Origin: Acidimicrobiia bacterium
GTDB taxonomy: Bacteria; Actinomycetota; Acidimicrobiia; Spongiisociales; Spongiisociaceae
DNA length: 64,000 nt
Reading direction: 5' to 3'
Assembly (NCBI GenBank): GCA_041576165.1
Contig: JBFGLM010000005.1
Location: 64,001 to 128,000 of the forward strand
Shown: positions 28,947-38,907 of the stretch, in pieces
Position numbering within the stretch: the stretch's first letter is position 1
Layout of the letters: every line of letters begins with the position of its first letter
Made by a program: the position numbers and the translations under genes
Notes under the pieces: model-generated
The model's input: the letters and a program-made list of their open reading frames with translations, nothing else
Database searches by the model: none
What the model was told of the DNA's origin: nothing

Positions 28947-30584
28947 TCACTCGGCCACGTCGATCTTCTTGAACAGCGGGACGACCTCGCCCAGTGGCGT
29001 GCCCGGTTCGAGATCCTCCCGGTTCCATAGATGGTCCTCCACCGCCCCCTTGTGGCCGAGCATCTCATGCACCCTTTGACTGCTGACCGGCAGATAAGGG
29101 GCCATTGCCACTTTCACTCCGTTGATGGCGCTCAATGCCACAAACAAGGTGGTCGCAGTTCGTTCTGGATCGGTCTTGGCCGTTTTCCATGGCTCGGTGC
29201 TGTTCAGGTAAACGTTGATCTCCTGAGCGGCGTCCATGGCCGTTCGTAACGCTGCCCGGAGCTCGACCTTCTCCAGCTGATCGGACGCCGTCTCGAGGGC
29301 GGCATCGACCGTCCCCAGCAACCTGAGGTCTTGATCATCGAGTGAACCCGGCGCCGGGATCGACCCTGCAAAGTTCTTGTGGGTCAACGACAGGACTCGG
29401 TTGACCAGGTTGCCCCACGTGGCGACCAGCTCATCGTTGATGCGACGAGCGATCTCATCTTCCGACATGTCCGTGTCGTTTTGCTCCGGCAGGTTGGCGG
29501 CCAATGCGTAGCGGAGGGCGTCCGGCTCGTACCGATCGAGCGCCTCGCCGATCGTGAGTCCCACCCCCCGGCTGGCCGAGGCCTTCCCGCCTTTGAACGT
29601 GACGTATTGGTTGGCCGGGACGTTGGTGGGGAGCTGCAGCCCGCCGTAGCCCATCAGCATTGCCGGCCAGATGATCGTGTGGAACGGGATGTTGTCTTTC
29701 CCGATGAAGTACACGTGTTCGGCGTGCTCGTTATGCCACCAGTCTTTCCAGGCACCCGGGTTGCCGTGGATCTTTGCCCACTCCTTCGCGGCTGAGAGAT
29801 AGCCGATCACGGCGTCGAACCAGACATAGATCTTCTTGCCGGGCCCCAGGTCGTCGACCGGGATATCAACTCCCCAATCGATATCGCGGGTGATGGCCCG
29901 ATCCTGCAGGCCCTCCTCGATCCAGCCGAGTGAGAAGTTGAGCACATGCTTGCGCCAGCCTCGCCGGGAGCGGAGCCAGTCGCCCAGCCGCTGCTGGAAA
30001 TCGGACAACCGCAGATAGAAATGCTCGGTGGGCCGGGTCTCGGGAGTAGCTCCGCTGAGTTTGGACCGCGGGTTGATCAGATCGGTCGGGTCGAGGGTTC
30101 GGCCGCAGTTGTCGCACTGGTCGCCCCGGGCGTCCGGGTAGTCGCAGTGGGGGCATTGGCCCTCGATGTAGCGATCCGGTAGGAAACGCTCGACCTGGGG
30201 ATCGAACATCTGCTCGGACGTTCGTTTGTCGATGTAACCCTTTTCGAGCAGCCGCAAGAAGAGGTCCTGGGTAACAGCATGATGGTTGGGAGTGCCGGTG
30301 GTGGTGAACAGATCCCACGACATTGACAGGCGGTCCCACTCGTCCAGGAATTCGGCGTGGTAGCGATCGACGATCTCCTGAGGTGGTACACCTTCCTCGT
30401 CCGCCCGGACCGTGATCGGGGTGCCATGGACGTCGCTGCCCGACACCATGAGCACCCGGTTGCCGGCGTGGCGGTGGTAGCGGGCAAAGATGTCGGCGGG
30501 CAGATAGGCGCCGGCGAGGTGTCCGATGTGGCGGGAGCCGCTGGCATATGGCCACGCGACGGCCACCAGTACGTGCTTGCTCAT
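28947..30584 (-). CDS. metG: Methionine--tRNA ligase
   Basis: AWPYA..RHIGH, GSDVHG, CPHC/CDNC knuckle, YVWFDA, FIGKDNIPFH; KMSKS-equivalent is KASAS. Confidence 0.95.
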   Translation of the reverse strand: MSKHVLVAVAWPYASGSRHIGHLAGAYLPADIFARYHRHAGNRVLMVSGSDVHGTPITVRADEEGVPPQEIVDRYHAEFLDEWDRLSMSWDLFTTTGTPNHHAVTQDLFLRLLEKGYIDKRTSEQMFDPQVERFLPDRYIEGQCPHCDYPDARGDQCDNCGRTLDPTDLINPRSKLSGATPETRPTEHFYLRLSDFQQRLGDWLRSRRGWRKHVLNFSLGWIEEGLQDRAITRDIDWGVDIPVDDLGPGKKIYVWFDAVIGYLSAAKEWAKIHGNPGAWKDWWHNEHAEHVYFIGKDNIPFHTIIWPAMLMGYGGLQLPTNVPANQYVTFKGGKASASRGVGLTIGEALDRYEPDALRYALAANLPEQNDTDMSEDEIARRINDELVATWGNLVNRVLSLTHKNFAGSIPAPGSLDDQDLRLLGTVDAALETASDQLEKVELRAALRTAMDAAQEINVYLNSTEPWKTAKTDPERTATTLFVALSAINGVKVAMAPYLPVSSQRVHEMLGHKGAVEDHLWNREDLEPGTPLGEVVPLFKKIDVAE

Positions 30585-30647
30585 GGGGGAGGAGCGTAGC
30601 GACGTCCCCATGCGCACGAATCGGGATTACTGGGCGGGCTAGCGCAC

Positions 30648-30674
30648 GTCCGGATGATGCGCCATCATCCGGAC
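30648..30674. promoter_or_regulatory. Perfect 12-bp inverted repeat just before the RBS of the alpha-hydroxy-acid oxidase gene
   Basis: GTCCGGATGATG-CGC-CATCATCCGGAC followed by AGAGGAGG. Confidence 0.5.
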
Positions 30675-30687
30675 AGAGGAGGCACAC

Positions 30688-31914
30688 ATGGCCCAGATCA
30701 GCCGCACCCTCGCGACGTTACGGTCGGTCATCCGATTTCGCGAGTTCGAGCGTGACCCGGTGCTCCGGAGGCTGGCGACCGCCGCCGACATCGGTGATCT
30801 CCGCCGCATCGCCCGGAAGCGTCTGCCGGGCGGCGTGTTCGATTACATCGATGGCGCGGCTGAAGACGAGCGCACCAAGGCGAAAAACGAGGATTCGTTC
30901 CGCCGTCTGGAGTTCCGTCCCCGCGTCCTGCGCGACGTCAGCGGTATCGACCCGTCTTCCACGCTGCTGGGCCGGCCGCTTGCCTATCCGCTGGTCTTGG
31001 CCCCCACGGGATTTTCCCGCATCGCCCATCCCGACGGGGAGCTGGCGGTGGCCCGCGCCGCCCAGCGGGCCGGCATCCCCTACAGCCTCTCGACGCTGAG
31101 CACCCGTTCGATCGAGGAGGTGGCGGCGGTCAGCTCAGGGCGCAATTGGTTCCAGGTGTACGTCTGGAAGGACCGGGGGTTGGTCAAGGAGATGCTGGAG
31201 CGGGCGGCGGAGAGCGGTTATGAGGCCATAGTCATCACCGTCGACACTGCCGTGCTGGGCCGCAGGGAGCGTGATGTGCGTCGAGGGTTCAGCCTGCCCC
31301 CCAAGATCGGCCTCGACACCATCATCGACGGCTTCCTGCATCCGGGCTGGACGCTCGAGTTCATGCGCTCGGAGCCGATCGCGTTCGCCAATGTGGTGGG
31401 TCGGTCGGTGGGCGATGGATCAGATCCGGTGTCACTCTCCGAGTACATCAACTCACAGTTTGACCAGAGCTTGTCCTGGGCGGACATCGAATGGTTTCGG
31501 TCGGCGTGGAACGGGCCGGTGATCATCAAGGGCGTCCAGACCGTCGCGGATGCTGTTTTGGCGGCAGATGCCGGTGTGGAGGCGATCGCACTGTCCAATC
31601 ACGGCGGGCGGCAGCTCGACGATGCGCCGGCCCCCATCGATCTCGTTGCTCCCGTGGCCGAAGCTGTGGGCGACCGCCTCGAGATCATTTGTGACGGAGG
31701 CGTTCGTCGGGGCAGTGACATCGTCAAGGCATTGGCCCTGGGAGCAACGGCCTGCATGGCGGGCCGTGCCTACCTGTACGGCCTGGGGGCGGGAGGCGAG
31801 CGCGGGGTCGATCACGTGCTCACATTCCTACGCAGCGGCGTCGAGCGGACGATGGCATTGTGCGGCGTCCGGCGGATCGCAGACCTCTCCCACGATCTCG
31901 TGGTCCGTCGCTGA
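30688..31914 (+). CDS. FMN-dependent alpha-hydroxy acid oxidase/dehydrogenase (LldD family)
   Basis: FDYIDGAAEDE, LAPTG, WFQVY, TVD, SNHGGRQLD, DGGVRRGSD. Confidence 0.9.
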   Translation: MAQISRTLATLRSVIRFREFERDPVLRRLATAADIGDLRRIARKRLPGGVFDYIDGAAEDERTKAKNEDSFRRLEFRPRVLRDVSGIDPSSTLLGRPLAYPLVLAPTGFSRIAHPDGELAVARAAQRAGIPYSLSTLSTRSIEEVAAVSSGRNWFQVYVWKDRGLVKEMLERAAESGYEAIVITVDTAVLGRRERDVRRGFSLPPKIGLDTIIDGFLHPGWTLEFMRSEPIAFANVVGRSVGDGSDPVSLSEYINSQFDQSLSWADIEWFRSAWNGPVIIKGVQTVADAVLAADAGVEAIALSNHGGRQLDDAPAPIDLVAPVAEAVGDRLEIICDGGVRRGSDIVKALALGATACMAGRAYLYGLGAGGERGVDHVLTFLRSGVERTMALCGVRRIADLSHDLVVRR

Positions 31915-31972
31915 GCCGGCGCCTGGGATCGCAGTTCGCGCGGCCAATGGGCGATGCTTCAATAGTGGGACC

Positions 31973-32662
31973 ATGGATACGACGCTCTCGGCCCTGGCGG
32001 CAGTGGCGGCGACCGCCTTCTTCGTCGATCTGGCTCGCAACTACCTGTCGAAGGAGCGCCCGCACGTGGCCGCGTACGCGGCCGGGATAGGAACGTTCGC
32101 GGTCGCAACCTGGGCTCTGTTCTTCGGGGTTCTCGCCGGCTGGACCTCCGCTTCCTATCGCACGTTCTATCTGTTCGGTGCGATCGTGTCCGTACCGCTG
32201 CTGGCATTGGGGTCGATGTTTCTCGTCGTGGGCCGCCGGTCGGGTCATCTGATGACTTTTGCGCTGTTTCCGCTATTCGCCATCTCCATCCCCATGACGT
32301 TGGCGGAACCCTTCGTCGGTCCCCTTCCGTCGGGCGGGGTGCCGGCCGGGTCCGAACTGTTCGAAGCCGGGTTCGGCCCGCGGATGTGGGCGGCCATCGG
32401 GAGCGGGGTGGGGGCGACAATCTTGATCAGCCTGGCGTTGGTCTCCGTGTTTCGATTCTGGCGGGCGAACCGGCGGGTGGTGTGGGGCAACCTGCTGATC
32501 CTCGCCGGAACTTTCGCCGCCAGCTCCGGCGGGACGGTCCTGGCCCTGGGGGAGCAAAGCGGGTTTGCGCTTTCGCTCTTGCTGGCCGCCGGCTTGATAT
32601 GGGCGGGCTACCGGGTGGCGTCCGGCGCCCGCCGGCGGGCGCCCGAGCCCGTCACCCGCTGA
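31973..32662 (+). CDS. Conserved hypothetical multi-pass membrane protein
   Basis: About 7 hydrophobic segments; GW...YRTFYLFGAIVSVPLLALGS. Confidence 0.7.
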   Translation: MDTTLSALAAVAATAFFVDLARNYLSKERPHVAAYAAGIGTFAVATWALFFGVLAGWTSASYRTFYLFGAIVSVPLLALGSMFLVVGRRSGHLMTFALFPLFAISIPMTLAEPFVGPLPSGGVPAGSELFEAGFGPRMWAAIGSGVGATILISLALVSVFRFWRANRRVVWGNLLILAGTFAASSGGTVLALGEQSGFALSLLLAAGLIWAGYRVASGARRRAPEPVTR

Positions 32663-32721
32663 TCGACCTGCCGGAGTCCCGGTCGGGTGGAGACCGGGAC
32701 CCCTCAGGCGTTGCTCCAGGA

Positions 32722-33477
32722 TCACGAGTTGTGGTCGTCGATTGCGTCGCGCAATGCTTCGACCGACGCTCGCAGGCCCCGCACGGCGCTGTGCGCCAAA
32801 TCTCCGGCGTCGTGGAGTGTTCCCCGGGCGCCCTGCAGCTGCGATTGGGCCGGTTCGGGCCAGTCCGAAGCCGCCAGGCCGATGATGTCTTCGGCCACCG
32901 GGTCAGCGGTCGCCGCCGCCCCAGCTGCGTCGGCCAATGCAGCGTCAAGCAGCTCCTGAGCCGCCGATACGTCGATTCCTGAATCCGATGCCCGATCGAC
33001 GGCGGCCTGGATCTCCGCGCCGGCTTCGGCGATGCGGTCGCCGGCGGCCACGATGGTGTCGGAAACCACGACGCCGTGGGACTTGGGCACGATGACGAGG
33101 AAGACCCGATACTCGGTGGCGATCTTCGGCGTCAGGGTCAGCGCCTCTTCCAGATCTGTGGCCGCCTGAATCTCGGCGTTGAGATCGGTTAGCCCGGATT
33201 CTGCCGCGGCGTAGTCGGACAGCAGGTCAGTTTGGTGGTTGAATGCGATGTGTTCGTTGTCGTTGATCGCCTCGGTCAGGCGAGCCAGCGCGTCGAGCCG
33301 GCGGTCGACGGCTTTTTGTGCATGCACTTTGACACGCTCCAGCGCTTTGTCCGGGTCGTGGCGCTCGACCTGGTCCAGTCGGTTCTCATCGGGCCCCGTA
33401 TTCGTCTGGGCCGCGGCCGGCAAGGCGGCGACCATGATGATCAGGCCGGCGGTCAACAGGGTGGCGATTCGTTTCAT
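32722..33477 (-). CDS. Secreted alpha-helical (coiled-coil) hypothetical protein
   Basis: Signal peptide MKRIATLLTAGLIIMVAALPAAA; Ala/Glu/Leu-rich; EYRVFLVIVPK. Confidence 0.7.
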   Translation of the reverse strand: MKRIATLLTAGLIIMVAALPAAAQTNTGPDENRLDQVERHDPDKALERVKVHAQKAVDRRLDALARLTEAINDNEHIAFNHQTDLLSDYAAAESGLTDLNAEIQAATDLEEALTLTPKIATEYRVFLVIVPKSHGVVVSDTIVAAGDRIAEAGAEIQAAVDRASDSGIDVSAAQELLDAALADAAGAAATADPVAEDIIGLAASDWPEPAQSQLQGARGTLHDAGDLAHSAVRGLRASVEALRDAIDDHNS

Positions 33478-33851
33478 TGGCTGACGTCTCCTTCGTCGGC
33501 GGTGAGGCTGTTGCTGAGTTCGGTGAGTAGCCCATCGATGTCGGCCATCAGAACGTCCAGTTCGCCGGTGTCCGGGACCGAGATAGCGGGGGTCTGCGGC
33601 ACGACCTGTTCTGCGGCCGGCTGCGTCATGGGGTCTGCCGGGGCCGCAGCCGGGGTTGTCGTTGGCTGCCCGGTGGTGGTGGTCGGCATCTCCGCCCGTT
33701 CGGCCGGAACCGATACGCCCGCGGCCGCGACGGCCGGCTCGGAAGTGCGCGGCGCAACTCGGGGCTGGTCGGGGACCTCGGACGGAGCTGCCAGCCCGTC
33801 GCCACACGCCCCCAAGAGGAGCATGCCGATGACAAACACCCTTTTCTTCAT
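33474..33851 (-). CDS. Small Pro/Thr/Ala-rich lipoprotein
   Basis: MKKRVFVIGMLLLGAC lipobox; ATGA overlap with the next gene. Confidence 0.6.
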   Translation of the reverse strand: MKKRVFVIGMLLLGACGDGLAAPSEVPDQPRVAPRTSEPAVAAAGVSVPAERAEMPTTTTGQPTTTPAAAPADPMTQPAAEQVVPQTPAISVPDTGELDVLMADIDGLLTELSNSLTADEGDVSQ

Positions 33852-33908
33852 GACGAGCACTCTCCTGATCGGCATCATCTCCAGCTTCGGGAAGACGGAT
33901 TGGGAGGC

Positions 33909-33936
33909 TGTGAGTCAATCGTTAGAAGTCTGTTAG
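33909..33936. promoter_or_regulatory. Three 11-bp-phased direct repeats (OmpR/PhoB-type box)
   Basis: TGTGAG-N5-CGTTAG-N5-TGTTAG at 33909, 33920 and 33931. Confidence 0.5.
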
Positions 33937-34016
33937 TTGGCGTCACGGGCCGGCACGAGGCTTGGGGCGTTCCCGGCTGGTTCCGAACGGCGGGTGAGCC
34001 GTTAGCCTCCCCGCCC

Positions 34017-34382
34017 ATGGCTATCGCAAGTTTCAGTCTGGTTGCGATCGACTGCCCTGATCCGCACCGGCTAGCCGAGTTCTACAGCATCGTTACTGGC
34101 TGGCAAATCGGCTACGAGGAAGAGGATTGGGTGCAGCTCGAAAGCGACGTTGGCGCCACTATCGCCTTTCAACGTGTCTTGGATCACGTGCCACCCGTCT
34201 GGCCGGGAACCGAGCACCCGCAGCAGCTGCACATCGACTTCGACGTGCCCGACCTCGACGAAGGAGAGGCCCGGGTGCTGGAGGCCGGTGCTCGCAAGGC
34301 GGGCGTGCAACCGGGGACCAGCTGGCGGGTCTACCTAGACCCCGCGGGCCATCCGTTCTGTCTGGTCAAAGCAGATTCCTGA
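34017..34382 (+). CDS. VOC/glyoxalase-like protein
   Basis: VAIDCPDPHRLAEFY, QQLHIDF, VYLDPAGHPFCL. Confidence 0.9.
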   Translation: MAIASFSLVAIDCPDPHRLAEFYSIVTGWQIGYEEEDWVQLESDVGATIAFQRVLDHVPPVWPGTEHPQQLHIDFDVPDLDEGEARVLEAGARKAGVQPGTSWRVYLDPAGHPFCLVKADS

Positions 34383-34424
34383 GCCGGACCGCAAGCGGGG
34401 GGATATTCATCACAGCGTCGGCGG

Positions 34425-35561
34425 TCAGTGGTCGTGCGCGGCGGCTCCGTCTGGCACCACCACGGTCGCCAGCCACGTAGTGAATGGCACGGAGGCGATC
34501 AGCCCCATCGAACCGATCAGGGTGCGGATGATCTCGGTAGCCACCACCTCGCTGTTGGCCACAGTGCCGAGCGATTGCTGGGATACGAGGAACAGCAGCA
34601 GCAGCGGTAGCGAAGCGCCCGCATATGCGAGCGCAAGGGTGTTGACCGTGCTCCCGATGTGCGCTCGGCCGATGCGAAGCGTGGCGGCGAATATGTCGGC
34701 CCGGGACATCTCGGCCGAAGCGGCTCGCAGTTCCCACACCGCTTCTGTCTGGGTGATGGTCACGTCGTCGATGGCGCCGATCGCCCCAAGCACGATCCCG
34801 GCCAGGACCAGCCCCCGCAGGTCGAAATCGCTGGAGAGGAGCGGCAGAAAGAGTGACTCCTCGCTGGTCAGGCCGGACAGCTCCGCCACGGCGATGACCA
34901 GCCAAGACAAGATGGCGACAGCACCGAGGCTGCCGAGCGCACCGGCCAGCGCGACGGTTGTGCGAAGCGTGATTCCATGTCCGATGTAGAACGCCACATA
35001 CGCGATCGCGGACGCTCCCACGACCGCTATGACCACGGGGTTCGCCCCGTTGACGATACTGGGTAAAACAAACCACAGCAGCAGCAGGAATGACGACCCC
35101 AGCGCCGCGAGCGCGGCTATCCCGCGCCAGCCTCCCAACGCCACCACCGCCAGGGCGAAGAGTGCAGCAACGGCCCACAGCACGTCGCGACGCTGGCGAT
35201 CGGCGAAGGAATACTGGAAGTCCGGCTCGGCCTCCGCCACATAGTTCAGGACGACTCGGTCTCCCGGCTCGAGATCCGGATCGGTCGCATCGCCGAAGAA
35301 GTCCTGCCGGCTGCGCTGGCCGCCGTCCGAGCCGTCGGTGATCTCGTATTCGACTGCGATGCACTCCAGGTCGGGCACGTTGGTGCAGGGGGCCGGGCCG
35401 ACCGCCACCACCTCGGCCGGCACCACGTCGGTGGCGAAGATGCGGGCCGTGTCTGTCTCCTGGATCGGCCCCGGCCACAGCGCAACGATCAGCGCCAGTA
35501 TCGTAATCCCGGTAACGGCGATGACGGCCACGAGCGTCCGGGCGGTGCTCGAGCTGCTCAT
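34425..35561 (-). CDS. YibE/F family membrane protein
   Basis: GAIDDVTITQ, IGRAHIGSTVNTLALAYAGASLPLL, EIIRTLIGSMGL. Confidence 0.88.
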   Translation of the reverse strand: MSSSSTARTLVAVIAVTGITILALIVALWPGPIQETDTARIFATDVVPAEVVAVGPAPCTNVPDLECIAVEYEITDGSDGGQRSRQDFFGDATDPDLEPGDRVVLNYVAEAEPDFQYSFADRQRRDVLWAVAALFALAVVALGGWRGIAALAALGSSFLLLLWFVLPSIVNGANPVVIAVVGASAIAYVAFYIGHGITLRTTVALAGALGSLGAVAILSWLVIAVAELSGLTSEESLFLPLLSSDFDLRGLVLAGIVLGAIGAIDDVTITQTEAVWELRAASAEMSRADIFAATLRIGRAHIGSTVNTLALAYAGASLPLLLLFLVSQQSLGTVANSEVVATEIIRTLIGSMGLIASVPFTTWLATVVVPDGAAAHDH

Positions 35562-35683
35562 CGGACCAGGTAAGCACAGGAAGCGTCCCGCTCGTCGTCT
35601 TGCGGTGGATCTAGCATTACCGCACCGGGTGCGACCGCGGCAACGGTCGCCACCTACGATCCCGGCGGCGAAGGGGTGCACGA

Positions 35684-36469
35684 GTGCCGTATGCCACCCA
35701 CGGCGACATACAGATCTATTACGAGCTGCACGGTTCCGGAGATCCCGTCATGTTGCTGACCGGTCTGGGCGGCGTCGGCGCGGCGTGGGGCCCCCAGATC
35801 GAACTGTTCGCGTCCGACTACCTCACCATCGTTCCCGACCACCGCGGGACTGGGAGATCCTCAAAGCCGGCCGACGGTTACACCATCGAGGCGCTGGCGG
35901 CCGACATGGCCGAAACGCTGCGCCAGGTGGACGTCGGTCCGGCCCATATCGTGGGGTCATCCACCGGTGGAGCTTTCGGCCAGGTGATGGCTCTTGATCA
36001 TCCTGAGGTCGTTCGCAGCCTCATCCTGGCGTCCTCCTGGGCTCGACCCGACAACCACTTCCTCCACCAGTTCGCGACCCGGCGCCGGGTGCTACACGAA
36101 GCGGGGCCGGCGGCGTACGTCGAAACGACCGCGCTGTTTCTGTTCTCGCCGCGATACATGCGGGATCACTATCCGGAGGTGCAGGCGTGGTGCGCCCGAA
36201 CTGCGGCCGCCACCGATCGTGAGCTCATGTCGGCCCGAATCGACATGATCACGGCCCACGACACCTTCGACCGGCTGGGGTCGATCAACGTCCCCACGCT
36301 GGTTGTTGTTGGCGCCGAGGACGCGTGCACACCGCCGGCGTTGTCGCGCGAGCTCGCGGAGCGCGTCGTCCAGGCCGAGTACGTGGAGCTGCCCGGCGGC
36401 CACCTTCTCTACCGAGAGGACCCCAACGCATTCTTCAACGCAGTCCGTGAGTTCATCGATCACCACTGA
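35684..36469 (+). CDS. Alpha/beta hydrolase (RutD-like)
   Basis: TGLGG..AAWGPQ, DHRGTGRS, GSSTGG nucleophile elbow, D..TP, GGH. Confidence 0.82.
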   Translation: MPYATHGDIQIYYELHGSGDPVMLLTGLGGVGAAWGPQIELFASDYLTIVPDHRGTGRSSKPADGYTIEALAADMAETLRQVDVGPAHIVGSSTGGAFGQVMALDHPEVVRSLILASSWARPDNHFLHQFATRRRVLHEAGPAAYVETTALFLFSPRYMRDHYPEVQAWCARTAAATDRELMSARIDMITAHDTFDRLGSINVPTLVVVGAEDACTPPALSRELAERVVQAEYVELPGGHLLYREDPNAFFNAVREFIDHH

Positions 36470-37085
36470 CGCCACCTCGGTCGGAAGGGAAGCCCAGGTC
36501 GAGGCGGGGTAGAAGAATTTGGACCAGCGGACCGATGGTGACGGCGAAGACGATGGTGCCCAGCCCCACATTGCCCCCCAAGAGCCAGCCGATCAGCAGC
36601 GCCGACCCCTCGACCACGGTGCGGGCCAGCCGCAGTGATATGCCCCGGGCGGCAATGCCGGTCATCAACCCGTCCCGCGGTCCCGGGCCCAATCTGACGC
36701 CAATGTAGAAACCAGATCCGATGGCCACTATCACGATCCCGGCCAGAAACAGGGGCCAGCGGATCCACAGAGGTCCGACATCGGGCAGCAGAAAAAGCAC
36801 GACGTCGATGATCAGGCCGATCCAGATCGAGTTGACAACCGTCCCGATGCCGATCCGCTGCCTCAGCGGAATCCAGAAGAACAAGACCAGAAACGACACC
36901 AGGATCCCGGCCACACCGATGGTGATGGGCGTGTTGAGGGAGATGCCTTGATGGAGCACTTCCCAGGGAGAGAGCCCAACCGCGGCCCGTATCTGCATCG
37001 CCCCGCCGATACCGAACAACGTCAGTCCGAACATGAGTCTGGGCAGGCGGCGAACCACGTCCTGCAACGGCATCGCGACGGCCAT
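36453..37085 (-). CDS. YczE/YyaS/YitT family membrane protein
   Basis: GLSPWEVLHQG, GIGT, LGPGPRDGLMTG, LGGNVGLGT. Confidence 0.88.
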   Translation of the reverse strand: MAVAMPLQDVVRRLPRLMFGLTLFGIGGAMQIRAAVGLSPWEVLHQGISLNTPITIGVAGILVSFLVLFFWIPLRQRIGIGTVVNSIWIGLIIDVVLFLLPDVGPLWIRWPLFLAGIVIVAIGSGFYIGVRLGPGPRDGLMTGIAARGISLRLARTVVEGSALLIGWLLGGNVGLGTIVFAVTIGPLVQILLPRLDLGFPSDRGGVSGDR

Positions 37086-37118
37086 AGCCGGCGCAGATTA
37101 GGGGTGCGGCTGCACGTT

Positions 37119-38726
37119 TCAGGCCCGCTCGCGCAGCTCTACCCGCCGGATCTTGCCGGAGATCGTTTTCGGCAACTCGTCGACGAACTCGATCTCCCGT
37201 GGGTATTTGTAAGGTGCCGTGATCGACTTCACGTGGTCCTGAATGTCGGCGCGCAGCGCGTCAGAACCAGTGTGGCCCGGCGCCAGGATCACATAGGCCT
37301 TGACGATATGGCCGCGCTCAGGGTCGGGTTTGCCGACCACCGCCGCCTCGGCCACCGCCGGGTGTTCGATGAGCGCCGACTCGACCTCGAAGGGACCGAT
37401 CCGGTACGCAGCGGACAGGATCACGTCATCGGCGCGGCCCACGAACCAGAAGTAGCCGTCCTCGTCCCGATACGCGCGGTCCCCGGTGTAGTACCAGCCG
37501 TGGCGGAACACCTCGGCGTTGCGTTCCTCGTCCTGCCAGTATCCGCGGAACAGCCCGACCGGCCACGGCTCGGTGCGAACGGCGATGTGACCCTCCACTC
37601 CATCGGGGCAGATCGCGCCGTCGTCGTCCACGATATCGACGTCCATGCCTGGGGCCGGTCGCCCCATAGAGCCGGGCTTGACCTCGAGTGCCGGATAGTT
37701 GGCAACCAAACACACCGATTCCGTCTGCCCGTAGCCGTCGTACGGGACAGTGCCGGTGGCGGCATGCCACGTTTCGATCACTTCCGGGTTGAGCGGCTCA
37801 CCGGCGCTGGTGCAGTGGCGCAGGGTCGACCAGTTGAAGGAGCTCAGATCCATCTGGGCGAATGCGCGATACAAAGTGGGAGGGGCACAGAACGAGGTGA
37901 CCCCCAATTCGCCGATCAAGTGAAGCATCCGTTCGAAATCGGGTTTGCCCACGATGTCCCACATGACAACCGTCGCTCCCATGATCCACTGGCCGAACAG
38001 CTTGCCCCACGCGGCCTTGGCCCAACCGGTGTCCGAGACCGTCCAATGGATGTCGTTGGGCCCCAGGTCGTGCCAGAAGCGGGCGGTGATCTCATGGCCC
38101 AGCGCGTAGGAGCCGGCATGCTGAACCATCTTCGGCCCGGCTGTTGTGCCCGATGTGAAGTACAGGAGCAGCGGGTCGCCGGCTCGGGTCGGCTCCACCG
38201 GCGCCGGGCCGGCGCCGACGCCGTCGAGTTCCGATCCGAGTGAGCGCCAGCCGGGCTGGTTGGCTCCCACCACGAACCGTGCCGTGAGTGATGGACAGTC
38301 GTCAGCTACCTGCGCCAGTCGGGCCGCGCCCGTCGCGTCGCACACGGCGGCGGTCGCGCCGGCCCGGTTGATGCGGTATTGCTGATCTTTGGGCATCAGC
38401 TGGGTGGTGCCGGGCATCGGCACGGCCCCTATCTGAAAGCAGCCCAGCAGAACGGCATACCACTCGACAATCCTGGGAAGCTGCACGAACACCCGATCCC
38501 CCGCACCAATGCCGCAGCCACGGAGCAGGTGGGCGGTGCGATGAGCCAGGTCGGATAGGTCGGCATATGTATACCGGTTGATCGTCTCGCCGTCGGCTTC
38601 GACGCCGATCAACGCTACCTCATCGGGCCCTTCGGAGGCCCGGCGGTGCATGACGTCGCCGGTGAAGTTGTAGTACTCCGGCACCTCGACCCCAAACTCG
38701 GCCCGAGTTTCCTCATAGCTGGTCAT
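37119..38726 (-). CDS. Medium-chain acyl-CoA synthetase (AMP-binding)
   Basis: YFTSGTTAGPKMV, SDTGWAK, SAGEPLNPE, YGQTES, TGD, GRADD, YKYPR, KTISGKIRR. Confidence 0.92.
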   Translation of the reverse strand: MTSYEETRAEFGVEVPEYYNFTGDVMHRRASEGPDEVALIGVEADGETINRYTYADLSDLAHRTAHLLRGCGIGAGDRVFVQLPRIVEWYAVLLGCFQIGAVPMPGTTQLMPKDQQYRINRAGATAAVCDATGAARLAQVADDCPSLTARFVVGANQPGWRSLGSELDGVGAGPAPVEPTRAGDPLLLYFTSGTTAGPKMVQHAGSYALGHEITARFWHDLGPNDIHWTVSDTGWAKAAWGKLFGQWIMGATVVMWDIVGKPDFERMLHLIGELGVTSFCAPPTLYRAFAQMDLSSFNWSTLRHCTSAGEPLNPEVIETWHAATGTVPYDGYGQTESVCLVANYPALEVKPGSMGRPAPGMDVDIVDDDGAICPDGVEGHIAVRTEPWPVGLFRGYWQDEERNAEVFRHGWYYTGDRAYRDEDGYFWFVGRADDVILSAAYRIGPFEVESALIEHPAVAEAAVVGKPDPERGHIVKAYVILAPGHTGSDALRADIQDHVKSITAPYKYPREIEFVDELPKTISGKIRRVELRERA

Positions 38727-38907
38727 GTTCGGCAAAGTGGTCACCTCCCGGCACGCAGGGTACCGATCGTGCCCAGGGGCAGGCCGGCTGCGGCGCCCGG
38801 TTTGCGGCCGCGTTCCGATAATCGCCGCCGGGGACAAGGTCCGTCTTTGCTACTTTGACGGGACAGTCCCGGTCCAACGGGAGACCCGGCGCACAGGAGA
38901 CTTGCGG

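Noticed and set aside
29570-29592. MetRS KASAS instead of KMSKS as a sign of inactivation
   Set aside because: This loop varies among MetRS enzymes and all other motifs are intact
30688-31914. Mycofactocin MftD / RiPP cluster
   Set aside because: No mftA precursor, radical SAM or other mft genes nearby; a generic LldD-family call is enough
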